DNA of 52,933 nt from Ruditapes philippinarum (Eukaryota), in contig NW_026860036.1 of NCBI RefSeq assembly GCF_026571515.1, forward strand, positions 248,001 through 300,933. Reading direction: 5' to 3'. The notes under the pieces are model-generated. The model made no database searches. It saw only the letters and a program-made list of their open reading frames with translations, and was not told the origin of the DNA. Each line of letters opens with the position of its first letter. Position 1 is the first letter of the stretch. Below, piece by piece: positions 37,101-48,123 of this stretch. A program made the translations under genes and the position numbers.

Positions 37101-40100
37101 AATACCGTTCCGCGGCTCTACCGACTGAGCTATCCGGCCGATTACACATCTTCTCCCCTAAATTGTGAACAGTTCTGAACCGTGACATAAAGAACATGTA
37201 TATCATTTCCTTCAGAATTATAGTTTCGATATTACCCGTTTCCCGTTAATATGCTGTACATTTTATAGATATCAATATAAGCATCACAGTTGTCTATCTC
37301 CACGGAACAGTTGCAGCTTGGGTCAGACGGACTGATGGACGAAACCTCAAAATCTTTGTTCCAAATGTAGACTGTAGTGTTCTCTCTTGTTATTGTAGAT
37401 GTCGTGGCGGAACACAACTCTAACATTTTATCGTCTGCAAGTTTTATGCAAAAGGAAGACAAAATAAGAAATTTACATTGATCTATGAATACAATAAATA
37501 TCATTATATAATCACAGGAACATATTTCAAAAGCATCAATTTCCAAAATTTTTTCTTTCCGCACTAGATTTCAATGAAATCATATATCCATGACAGAAGA
37601 TCTCTCCCGAAAAACGACATAGTACCGAGTGAGAAAGCAAAACGGTCGGGCTCTCAGACGGCCACGAACAGCCCGTACACCGGGGATACTCAGTGCGAAT
37701 CGCAAGTTCTTCATGTTAGGGATGCTGGGTGGATGGCACACTTTGCCATTTCTTCGGAGAAAAAAACAGTTCCATGCACACTCAGGGGTTAGACCCTAAC
37801 TCCACCTAACAAGGCCCTTATCAACTCTAAGTAACTGTTAACATTGTAACACGAATGTAGGTAGCATCAGTGTCAATGTTAAAAATGTATTTCAATTCAA
37901 TTTCCATCTAAATAGTGCTTTACAATTAAGTTTCATTAAAATACTGAATTAAGATTTGGTTGTAAATGTTGTTTTTAGTTCGTGTGAAAAAAACAACAAC
38001 TAAGTTTATGATCGACAGATTACAAACTTGTATGTTACCGAGAGTTGACCAAGGTGGATTAAGTAGGGGTCAGGGTCTGACCCAATATTGTGTGTTGTCC
38101 AAAAATACATTAACAACGCAAGTGCTGTGAAAGAAGTATCTTCCAATGTTAATTTAAGTTTGATCAATTGTTCTTAATTTGTTCCGTCACTAGAATGTAG
38201 TGATTGAAGTAAATATAATTCGTATGGAAAACAGAACACGTATGACTATATTCACAAGCACATGCCAAATATGCGTCTTGATTTATCAAAAACAGTGTTG
38301 TTGATGAGATGTTTTACTCTAAAGCTATTACAGCCAATCAGAAATAAGAGGGCCAGACATCTATAGTACATTTTAAAGGTGCATAAATCAAATTAAACTA
38401 TTTATCCTTAGTTTCCTATCATTCACAGATTCTATCCATGCGATCAGTGCAGTCTGGACATGGTCTCTACTCTACCATATCCAATCAGTACTTATTACAT
38501 ATATGATGTTTCCCCTTAAAACAATAAAAGGTTTTGTCCAATTTTAATTGAAAGAAATTTTGTATGCCAAGGGTTTAGGAAACTTGTTTTCCTAAAACGA
38601 GTAGGAATTGATAGATCCCTACTCTGACTTTCCATTTGAATAGCAATAGATTTAACCACAAACATGAACATGTGCTCTTTTGTTAACAAATATGTTGTGG
38701 TGAAATTATTATTGCATCCACTAATCTGATAAGGGATTAATGCATGTATTACGGAGATTAAAAATCTTTGGTTGTAAGTACTGTCAATTTATGTTTAAAA
38801 TACTTGTCACGAGATAATTTAAACGTATGAAAAATATCGTTATATAATCTTACCCTCTATGCAGTAGTAATCAATGAACATGTAACGACTTAAAGTAGTA
38901 AGATTTCCTGTACAACTCGCGTCAGTATTTTGATTCTGTACTCCCAAGTAACAATTCTGTCGTCCGTTACAGCCTTCATGATAAGTTAAAGTTTCGAAAT
39001 AAAATGGGAACAGACAGTCATTTGCTTGGTCATATGTACAGCAAACAGAAAAGTTGTGCATATCGTCGTAGTATCTAGGACAACCTGTAGATTGTAATTT
39101 GGAACCCACTGTTACATGTTTGATGGCAACGACATGACCATTACCACAGGAAGCATTGACGAAGACTTTATCAGGATCTGACGACGTTCCGGAACATGCC
39201 GATGGTGACTGTATGATTTGAAGATTCGATGGCTGGCAGGTCACTGTAAATAAACGTAGTTATATCAAAACATGATAAAAAAGAAACAGATTCTGTTGTC
39301 AATAATATGCGTGCACGCACACTGTAAACTGTTAGTCCCTTTAATACAATATGTACTGTGCATGTAATTATACTTTGATTTAATTTGTCATCTTATTGTA
39401 CAGTTCTTCTCAATCTTGCTACTATTATTTCATGCCTATAGATGCTTATGTTTCCTGTAATTTGTAAACCGACTGAAAATAAAGTTTCTTGTATCTTGTA
39501 TCTTGTACCCATGCATTATTTTATCGACTTATAGTTTTAAAGTGACTTCTGTTTCAAATGGTAACATTGCTAAAACAGCTTAGATTCTTTCTGATAATGC
39601 ATTAAAGGCATTGTACAATTTGTTAAGTCTTTTTACAAGAATACATGTCGATATAATAACGAAGCTAAAACTGTTTGATTCCCTAGCTGTATCAATTTTG
39701 CTTCATTCACTAGATGTATGAGGAATATATTCTCCCAAAGAGGTTGATAAGATTAAAATAAATTTTGCAAAACCATATTAGTTGTGAAATCACAGACTCA
39801 AAATAATGATGTTTTAGGTGAATTCGGGAGATTCCCCTTATTTGCGGGGTTGGAGGTCCATATGGATCGCAAAATTGAGCATCAGTAAAAAGGATATGTG
39901 AATTTCCGCTCATCTAGATGTGAAGTTTAACACCAGATGTGAATGTTTAATAAGGTCAATCGTATGGTAGGTTTTCAACTTTTAAGCAGTTTTATAAACT
40001 TCAAACTTTTTTAAACGAAAATCGAAATGTGATTCTACCCTCCTGACTCTCCTCTATATTACCCATTTTTGCATTGGATTATTATGCAGTCTTCATCGAG

Positions 40101-42428
40101 ATATTCTTTTCGTTGAGTGTTTTATACTGTAACAGTACGGGTACGTTTCAGTCATTATCGAAATGTGCCAGGAACGTTATGGTTTTAACCGTAATGTTTC
40201 TCGTAATGGTTAATCATTACGCCTTGAACATTAATTAATCATATCCTGATGATCAACGATAAAACATCAAATTTGAGTATAAACGTAGTATATAAAATGA
40301 AGAAAAACAGAACCCCTAAAGAAAGCCCAACACAACAAAATTGTTAAATGTTGCACGCTCGGTTTGATTGAGCATGTTCATGGAAGGTAATGGAAAAGTG
40401 CTAGATACCGTCCACGTCCCCCAAGCTCCGGCTTAAGCAGAATTCAACATTTTAACACAAAATGGTGAAATTTGAATTTAGAAACATACGCTGATGTGTC
40501 CATACGGTGGAACCTTCAATGTGACACAGAAGTGTCATGTCATGAGAAGCGGCGAATGGTCCCCCAGTAAAATAATGCGTGTGCCCTAAACGAGAAAACA
40601 ATGGGCGGAGCTAAATAAAATGGAATTTTGAAAGGGGATCTGAGGTTATGAAGCCTGCACATCTTTTGACAAGACGTCAAAAGACAAATTTAAAAAGCAC
40701 TACCTATTGGGCTAACCACGGCCGGACGCTACCTGTTGAGCTAATGCATATCGCCGACTTCGTTACAAATAATTGGAAAAAACGTTGCTACCTCATAAAA
40801 GGTATTTCTACTCGAATATTTGCGAATAATATTTTACTTGCTTCCTTTTAGTATTGACATGACTCTAGTACTCTATCTCAATAGCTTAGCGCAGATTCGA
40901 CGTTATTTTTGCAAAATTTTGAAACTTGGCACGGCCTCGTGAACGCCGTAAACAGTTACCCTCGAGCTAGATATTCCCATCTTTACCGGCAGCCGGTGTA
41001 ACATCCTTAATTGTAATCCGCGCAAGACAAGTCGCGTGTTTTAAATGACGTCATTCCCGCGCGCCTTTTATGAATGATTTTCGTTCTTAGAATGACGTCC
41101 TTTTGACGTTATGAATGAAGTTGTAAATTCAAACGCTACTATCAATGGAAATCTTAGTTCTTTCCGAAATGATTTTTCTGCGTAGTATTCAAGATAAAGA
41201 ATCAAACACCGGCTGCCGTAATAGACCGGAATATCTAGCTCTCGCGTAACTGTTTACATACGGTAGTATCGCGGCCCTCAGCCGAGTTTCAGCTGAACAT
41301 TTACCCGAGAGTTAGAAATTTCGGCAGCCGGTGTTTGATACCAAAAGATAAAAAAAAAACTTGAATTTTCTGTTTATTATATACATTTTTCTCTTTTTAT
41401 AATTTGCAATTTGAGAGACTTTCCTATAAATTGTGTGTACTGGCAGAATTTAGAAGAAAGTAGTCAGGCAAGACATCTGTGAAAATACGGAAAGTATGTT
41501 TCACTGAAGTGAAAAATAAATTTTACAGTGAAAGTACGGAAAATAAAATACACATTTAATTTCATCAATATTTTCTCAATATAATGATTTTACATCATTA
41601 TTATATTTATGTACGCCGAACACGGCGATGTGCATCGTCAATAAAAAAAATGAATTATAAATTTTTCAACTGATATTAATAAAACCTGTGGCATTAGTGT
41701 ATTTGAGATGTTATTATAGCATCATATGGAAAGAAAACATAATAAGAATGGAAAATATCAATAGAATGCGTTGTTATTGCTTCCTAAAAGGCTTTGTTAA
41801 CTATCTTATCGCAAGGACAAATAAAACAGTTGCATATACATGTAGCAGTCCCTAACCAGTATTTATTTGCACTTGAAAATCACGAGGGTTTTTAGAATTT
41901 ATTATAATAATACTTGTGTCAGGACGGTTGTAAGGCTAGAAAGAATGTTTTAAACCAGTCTACCTCAAATGTTTAGCCGTTTCTTATAATGCCAAAAATA
42001 TCTGTGGACAACAATTAAAGTTTTTGGGCTTTTTATATTGTCTATTTAAATCAGCTTTACAATAAAACACTGGCAAATTTTTGAAAATGATCATCGACTG
42101 GTTTCTCAACTTACGATCGGGTTGTTCGAATTACGGAATATTTCTTTAACACCAATCTATGATGTTTCATGGTAAACTTCAAGAACATCACCAATATTAG
42201 TCAAAGTTTCGTATCATTATGAGCTTTATAATCCCTCGTGTAATTTTTTATTTTGGGGGTCTTTTAGATCACATTAAGCCACTACTCTCTCGTATTATTA
42301 AACTCTTATTGATATCAATATTTTATAATTTAATAATTTCATATCAACAATTAAACAACAAACTTACCTTGTGCTATAAAAGCGCCAATTGAAACACATA
42401 TTATCGCTAGAAAGTTTAATTTCGTCAT
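31159..42428 (-). CDS. Gene C: type-I membrane protein, signal peptide + SUEL-like lectin domain + CUB-like domain + Thr stalk + TM + tail with multiple LC8-type motifs (about 723 aa); paralogue of gene A
   Basis: Exons 42428-42368 ([20 protein letters not shown]), 39243-38854 (…CNGRQNC…[10 protein letters not shown]), 37434-37236, 36374-36190 (…GACNQTVRI…EWTCS…KVWMGFK), 34211-34017, 33371-33247 ([27 protein letters not shown]) and 32175-31159. GT-AG, phases 1,1,2,1,1,0 (identical to gene A), total 2172 nt in frame. Confidence 0.87.
33360..33660 (-). repeat. about 7 degenerate ~45-bp tandem copies of the splice-acceptor/TM-exon start
   Basis: Recurring minus-strand motif TTTTGTTNCAG|ATGACTAY...AATGAACAT. 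Confidence 0.75.
34377..35279 (-). mobile_element. tRNA-derived SINE interrupted by a MITE
   Basis: The body (caggctttactggcggaagaaga, ggctcgaacc) matches the SINE at 27350. The probable head remnant (ccaacgacctt...cggacgcccc) resumes after 35252. Confidence 0.6.
34576..35249. mobile_element. PIF/Harbinger-type MITE (674 bp)
   Basis: 14-bp TIRs AACCCCTGTCACAC / GTGTGACAGGGCCT (12/14 match) flanked by a TAA target duplication. GC-rich interior with many ACGCCG motifs. Confidence 0.8.
35389..36003. repeat. three copies (35389-35493, 35616-35719, 35900-36003) of a ~104-nt multi-hairpin element; candidate structured RNA
   Basis: Closing stem plus internal hairpins with compensatory substitutions between copies; a fourth copy lies at 40342-40457. 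Confidence 0.7.
36793..37187 (-). mobile_element. complete TRIM (miniature LTR retrotransposon) with a tRNA-like sequence in each LTR (Helenus-type)
   Basis: Two 144-bp LTRs (36793-36936, 37044-37187) bounded by TGTCAC...GTGACA; 4-bp TSD TAAA; PBS TGGCGCCCAACGTGGGGC (tRNA-Lys, 37041-37024); PPT GCAGGGGAGTA; A-box and B-box in each LTR. Confidence 0.93.
40342..40457. repeat. fourth copy of the ~104-nt structured element, in gene C intron 1
   Basis: Homologous to 35389-35493 including flanks (about 40300-40505 vs 35345-35545). Confidence 0.8.
40950..41340. mobile_element. fold-back element with ~45-bp inverted repeats (probable non-autonomous DNA transposon)
   Basis: acagttac...gagctagatattcc...cggcagccggtgt and its inverse acaccggctgccg...ggaatatctagctc...gtaactgt, with a third partial copy at about 41300-41340. 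Confidence 0.5.
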
Positions 42429-43020
42429 ATTAAGTTTTAAACAATCATATCATTTTTAATTTGAATAAAAACACTAACGGTTAGCATTGAAATCTTCACG
42501 CAACTGTTAAGGAGATTTGTTTTATTGTTATCACATACAGAGGGTTGATCAAAATGTAATATATCTTATCAGAAAATAAAATAGAACGGCTCCATGTATT
42601 CATGTATAATATCACACAAACGCGTAATAAATAAATAAATTGTTGGTAAAATGAATGCCATATCTTTAACCCAGGCACATATATAATGTAGCGCACACAA
42701 CTTAAACTAAATAAAACTTGAGTACATTGACAACAAAACAATGCTTGTTTTCCTGAAGTTATTTTTTGTACACAAATGCAAATAAAGCACGATAAATCAA
42801 AGATTTATAGATTGAGAAGATTTGGTAATATTTATTTTATAAGGCTACGTGTACATATATTAAGTGATCTCTAAAAACTTTTTAAATAAATCACAGACAA
42901 TTAAATACAGAAGCCTACGGTAACTAAAGAGCACGTGAATTAAAAAGGAATGTTTACAAACACAGTATCAATATCAGAAGACTTGCGAAAGGTTTGATAA
43001 TCTTAAAACAAAAATAGAAA

Positions 43021-43216
43021 TGAGCCGCGTCACGACAAAACCAACATAATGGGTTTGCGACCAGCATGGATCCAGACCAGCCTGCGGATCCGCGCAGTCT
43101 GATCAGGATCCATGCTGTTCGCTATCAGTTTCTTTACTTGTTATAGGGTTTGTAAGCGAACAGCATGGATCCTGATCAGACTGCGCATTATGTTGGTTTT
43201 GTCGCGACTCGGCTCA
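43021..43216. mobile_element. MITE with ~30-bp TIRs and internal inverted repeats
   Basis: TGAGCCGCGTCACGACAAAACCAACATAATG ... CATTATGTTGGTTTTGTCGCGACTCGGCTCA; internal GCGCAGTCTGATCAGGATCCATGCTGTTCGC inverted pair. Confidence 0.85.
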
Positions 43217-43307
43217 AATGTTAAAAGCGAGAAAAAATGATTAGAAAATTACAAACGTCAATACATGATTTGTTTATGCTTTAGAGAGTATAACAAGTGT
43301 GGGAGAA

Positions 43308-44299
43308 GCCGGTAGAATAGAAAAAGAAAAAATGACAAAATTATCATCTAGAGCTACTATGCACTCGTCAAAGGGCAAAGCTGATAACAAGGCAGTAAAA
43401 TGAAACTCAGGTTTTTAAGGATGATTCTCTTGCTCAAAATCCGAACACTAACACCGAACCGCTGAGTGCAACAATTGCGTCCGAAATATTACCTGGGCAT
43501 AGCACTGTAATAGTAAAATAGACATAAATGTGAGACCAAAAGAAAAAGGGCACAGACGGCCCCTATTCGGAATGAAGCACCTTTCAGTGTAGGTGGATCC
43601 AGACCAGAGATTACAACTAAATATAACGGAAGCAAGAAAAGAAGTAGCTCACATAAAACTCATTTAAGATATAAGAACTCTCCAACCACCACACAAGAAA
43701 GATCGTATCCAAAACCTTATCACGATTCATATAGCAGCGAATGCAAATGATTACGATAATGACATGAAACCGTTAGGTCATGAAAACCGATGCCTTTCTC
43801 ATGAGTAAAACAACTAAGTTTTCTTAAAGGTGTGGGCATAAAAAAAGAGACGTAATAAGATTATTCCGACACATTTCAGTTTAAGACACCGACATCATGC
43901 ACAACTCAAGAGTGAATCATTTAGTTTATTGGAAAGAGACATAAAATATCTGCTTTGTATAATTGACAATTATGATGAAAACAGGTACTCGACGATGATA
44001 AATAATGGCCATGGTTTAACAAGATCTAAAGCGATGAATAATTTATCTAGAAAAAGACGAAAAAGAAAGGGTCAGTAAAAACAAATGCTTCTACAGACAA
44101 AAACAATGATATAGTGAGAAATGATGCGTACAATGATAATTCTGATGTTGAAAACACAGTTGATAGTTTGCGAATTGTTAACCCTACTACACGAAGAAGG
44201 CCTCAAATGGCACAAACGGAAAGCTTGAAGACAACATTGGAAGCAGTTCTTAATTCATCAAAAGTAAAAAGAAACAAATAATACTCAAAAAGGTAAACA
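43308..44299 (+). pseudogene. pseudogenised copy of the 3' two-thirds of gene A's cytoplasmic-tail exon
   Basis: Aligns to about 16975-18027 but carries frameshifting indels and stops; no ORF of 60 aa or more in the track; no upstream exons. Confidence 0.9.
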
Positions 44300-46307
44300 A
44301 TGCTATTATGACAGTACGATGATGGAAACCGTTTTTACTATAGTACTAAATTACATTTTATTAAACATGACGTTATTTTGTAACAGTTATTAATTGGCAT
44401 GATTAAATAAAGCCACATTGCATATATATATATACATGTACATGTATCCTTATGTCACTTTTAGATATAAAAAGTGATAATAAGCATTCCTTATATTTTG
44501 TTTGTTTGTTTCATTCGTAATGTCTTTTTCTACAGGAGTCATTGTATCATTACCTATTGTTAAGGTTTTTTAGCAAGAATAAAAATTAGTTATAAAGAGT
44601 ATTATGCTCGTTATACGATCGAACGTTATAAAACATTATTGTAAGCAGTGGGAAGTACTAAGATTCGTTAATAGTCGTAAAAGTAGGACGTCCTATTATA
44701 ATCTCAATCGCTATGCCTCGCCTATTTTGACTCAGGAGATTAAAAGAGTGTAGTGACTTTTGTGTGTTTTTTTCCGCTGTATCAAAATTCTTCTTGATTT
44801 AAAAATAAACACAACTTTTCCCGATTACCGAAAAAAAATAATAATAGAAAAGTGGAACATTAAGTCCCAGTAAAAACGTTTGAGGGAGAGGCATTTGATC
44901 ACGGGTCAAAATATATTATAAAACGACTGTGTGATGATCAAATAAAATCATAAACAAATAACACTTCTATGTCCCTATGAAAGCCGTGCTCCATAACAAT
45001 GCAAATTAACTTTATATCGTTTTTATTTTTTAATGAATTTTCATTAACATTCGATGCAAATGTCTTTGTTTTTACAATTAGAATAGGCCTTCAACTAATA
45101 AAGGTAAAATTAAGTAAAAAATAAAAACAGGCGTAAAATAAAATGCACACCAATAGACATTTAGTACGCGTTATCTGAACTAGATAAAATAGCACCTCAA
45201 TTACCAATGTATTGAACATAAATATTAGATATATTGAAGAATTCTTTCTATTAAAATTAATGTTGGATCAGAACAACAATCTCTTAAAACAAAACATTGC
45301 CATTGACGAGTGTTCTATTCATACAACCAAATCATGATTATCAACGATCATTTATTTAGACAAAAACAAGAGATATTGTTCAACATTTAGTAGGGAGTGT
45401 GAACTATTTCTTTTAGATTGGTATAGATAATTCCAAACTGTCACATTGTTTAACGTTTATCCCGACTTTTCTGATTACTCATACCAACCTGCGATTATGA
45501 ATGCAAGGAGTGTAAGATGTGTTTTTTCAATGATGATACCGTATCCTTTACAGTGCCTCTCTCATTCAGAAATGGTGTGTCCATCATTAGCTATTCGCTA
45601 TTGTAAATAATGCGTAAAGCGTTGTTACAGTTCGGCACATCCATATAACACTTAGCAAAGAATATGAACAAATCATTCAAGAACAAATACGATATAGAAA
45701 TGAATGCTGGCATAGTTTAACTGTATATACGTATGTTAACAAATAAAACAATATTTGGACATTCTTTTGTGAACGCTTATATAACAAAGAACATTTCAAA
45801 TTTTGTTAACCTAATTGTATTGCCCTTTGTCACCTTCTCAAAATTTCTATTATCCAATATTAAATTGTTATTGTAAATTCATTATTTTAAAATACAGCCT
45901 AAAATAGTTTGTTTCAAATATTAACATGCAATTTTATGTCTATTTTTTGTAAAGATACACCAAAAACTTAACTGTAGATGGGCAAAAAATGTGTCATTTT
46001 TGCGATGTTTTATGAAACTTGAGCAGTATTTTTTCAAATCGATGGACATATTAAAGCATTAGAATTAGGGGATACAATTTTATTTGATAAATTGAAGCTT
46101 TATTTTAACAACATGTTTAGTTATAATTGTACATGTAAAACAATGTTTTTGATAAATAGATATTCGTTTATTTACTGATTTTAACATAAATGTCAGTTCG
46201 CCTTATTTGTAATAAAAATTACAAACACTAGTGTCTGTGGAATGGTGATTCATTTCTTTAGTTATAACAATTATAAATTTCACTTAAATAAATGTTAAGA
46301 TAAGATG

Positions 46308-46497
46308 ATATCAAATAAATGTATCACCAATTCTGATATTAAAATGGCGAAGTCGTTTAGAAAAATTATGGCAAGAAAAACACTAAAAATAAAAGCAAAC
46401 TCAAAAAAGAAATGGTTTCTGCCAAAACCTGAACTCAAGTTTCAAAGTGAACCGTACAGTAGTTTGTATTCTTGACTGTCACATTTTGAAACTTGAT
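46308..46497 (+). pseudogene. remnant of the last ~60 codons of gene B
   Basis: Aligns to 26165-26352 (…KPELKFQSEPYSSLYS…); the rest of the gene is deleted. Confidence 0.9.
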
Positions 46498-48086
46498 ATG
46501 TATTGATAAGTACGGTTGAATCTTTTTTGAAACATCCGTAAACTGAGAATTATTTATGTATTGTATTAATGGTATTAATTTGAAAATGAAAAGAAGAGTT
46601 GAGGCCATTTAATTTTTTTTTGTTATTGCGAGTGTGTTAGGATTTATTGAAGTATACCAACAAAATATTATTTCGTAAACAAATTTACATTATTAAGTAG
46701 ATTTTAATACTATTAATGACGAAGAATTTGGTATCAGTCACAAAACCGTTTAATTATATAATGAAGCGTATAAAAATGTAATTGTAAACGTTAACCAACA
46801 AAACTGACACCAAATGACATTTATTTTGTTAGACATGACGTCAAGATAATCTTATTGCAATATGTTTCAATGTATAGTTAGGGAACCGACCGAAATGCAA
46901 TTTCTAACTCAGTTTTAATGTCATATGACTCAAATCTTATTTAAGTTATCAATATCCTATTGAAAAACATAAAATTAAAACTTGCATTATTCCCCTTAAC
47001 CATTATCACGCTAAATATCTTAAAAGGACTTGTCCAACTTACAATCTAAACAAAATCATTCATCATTTCTATTGATATTTTTAAAAATAAGTTTTACAGA
47101 GCAGCTAACACTGTGGAACCATAACATTTACATGACATTTACAGTTTTTCATTTTTATTCATTACCGACAATATTCAGGAAGTAGAATTAACAGCGTTTT
47201 CTTTACGTGTTTGATAGTGTTAATTTCTTTGTCTTTCATCAGAATATACCTATTAAATTTCACCAGGTATAGTGACCAAAGAGACGACGACAAAAATCAA
47301 CGCTTTTTTTTTTGAAACTGAAATCGTGAATTTATGAAGTTGAATCCGTGAAGATACAATGCCATCACCCATTATATCGTAGGAAATCGTAAATCATACA
47401 TTTTGTCTATTGGTATCATAACATGGATCTTTTTGCTAACTACCACTGGAAATACCTGCCTATATCCACATTGTTTCCTCTGTCTAATGTTTCTTTTCCA
47501 AACCTCACATCGATAAGGGTGTTTCCCCTTTCTGTCCATCATGGTTGACTCTTTATTTACACAATGACTTCCTCATAATTTCAGGGGGGAAAAAATAAAT
47601 ACAGACGATGTATACATTTGACGTAAATTTATAAGCTGTTCTTTTTGTTGAACTTATTTAATGAAAGGTCATGTTTAATGTGTGCATGCAAACAGAAAAA
47701 CAATCAACAACAATCAAAAACCCTAATATTGATATATCGATTGGGAACATTTTTTTGTTTGATAACGCTTAAGCATTTTTCATAACCTTCGTTTATATTC
47801 TTCACTAAAATAACAGCTTAATTTCGATACCAAATACAAAACAACATAGTTAAACAAGTGAAAATACATGCATGATGTGCATCTCAATATACGTTTGTCA
47901 TTTTACAAAATTGACCACGAATCATAAATCCGAAATCATTTTGATAAATAAAACGATATGTTTATGAATAAAATGCCCATATTTGATATTCTGTTTATGT
48001 GTAGTACGTGCAATGTAGTTTGTATGATACTGCTATGATATCATGTTTTAGCAATGTGAATCTTTTCGTTTCTTTACTCGTTTCTT

Positions 48087-48123
<37 letters not shown>

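Noticed and set aside
37066-37139. tRNA gene (and its twin at about 36815-36888)
   Set aside because: The anticodon arm is non-canonical and the acceptor stem imperfect; both copies lie within TRIM LTRs.
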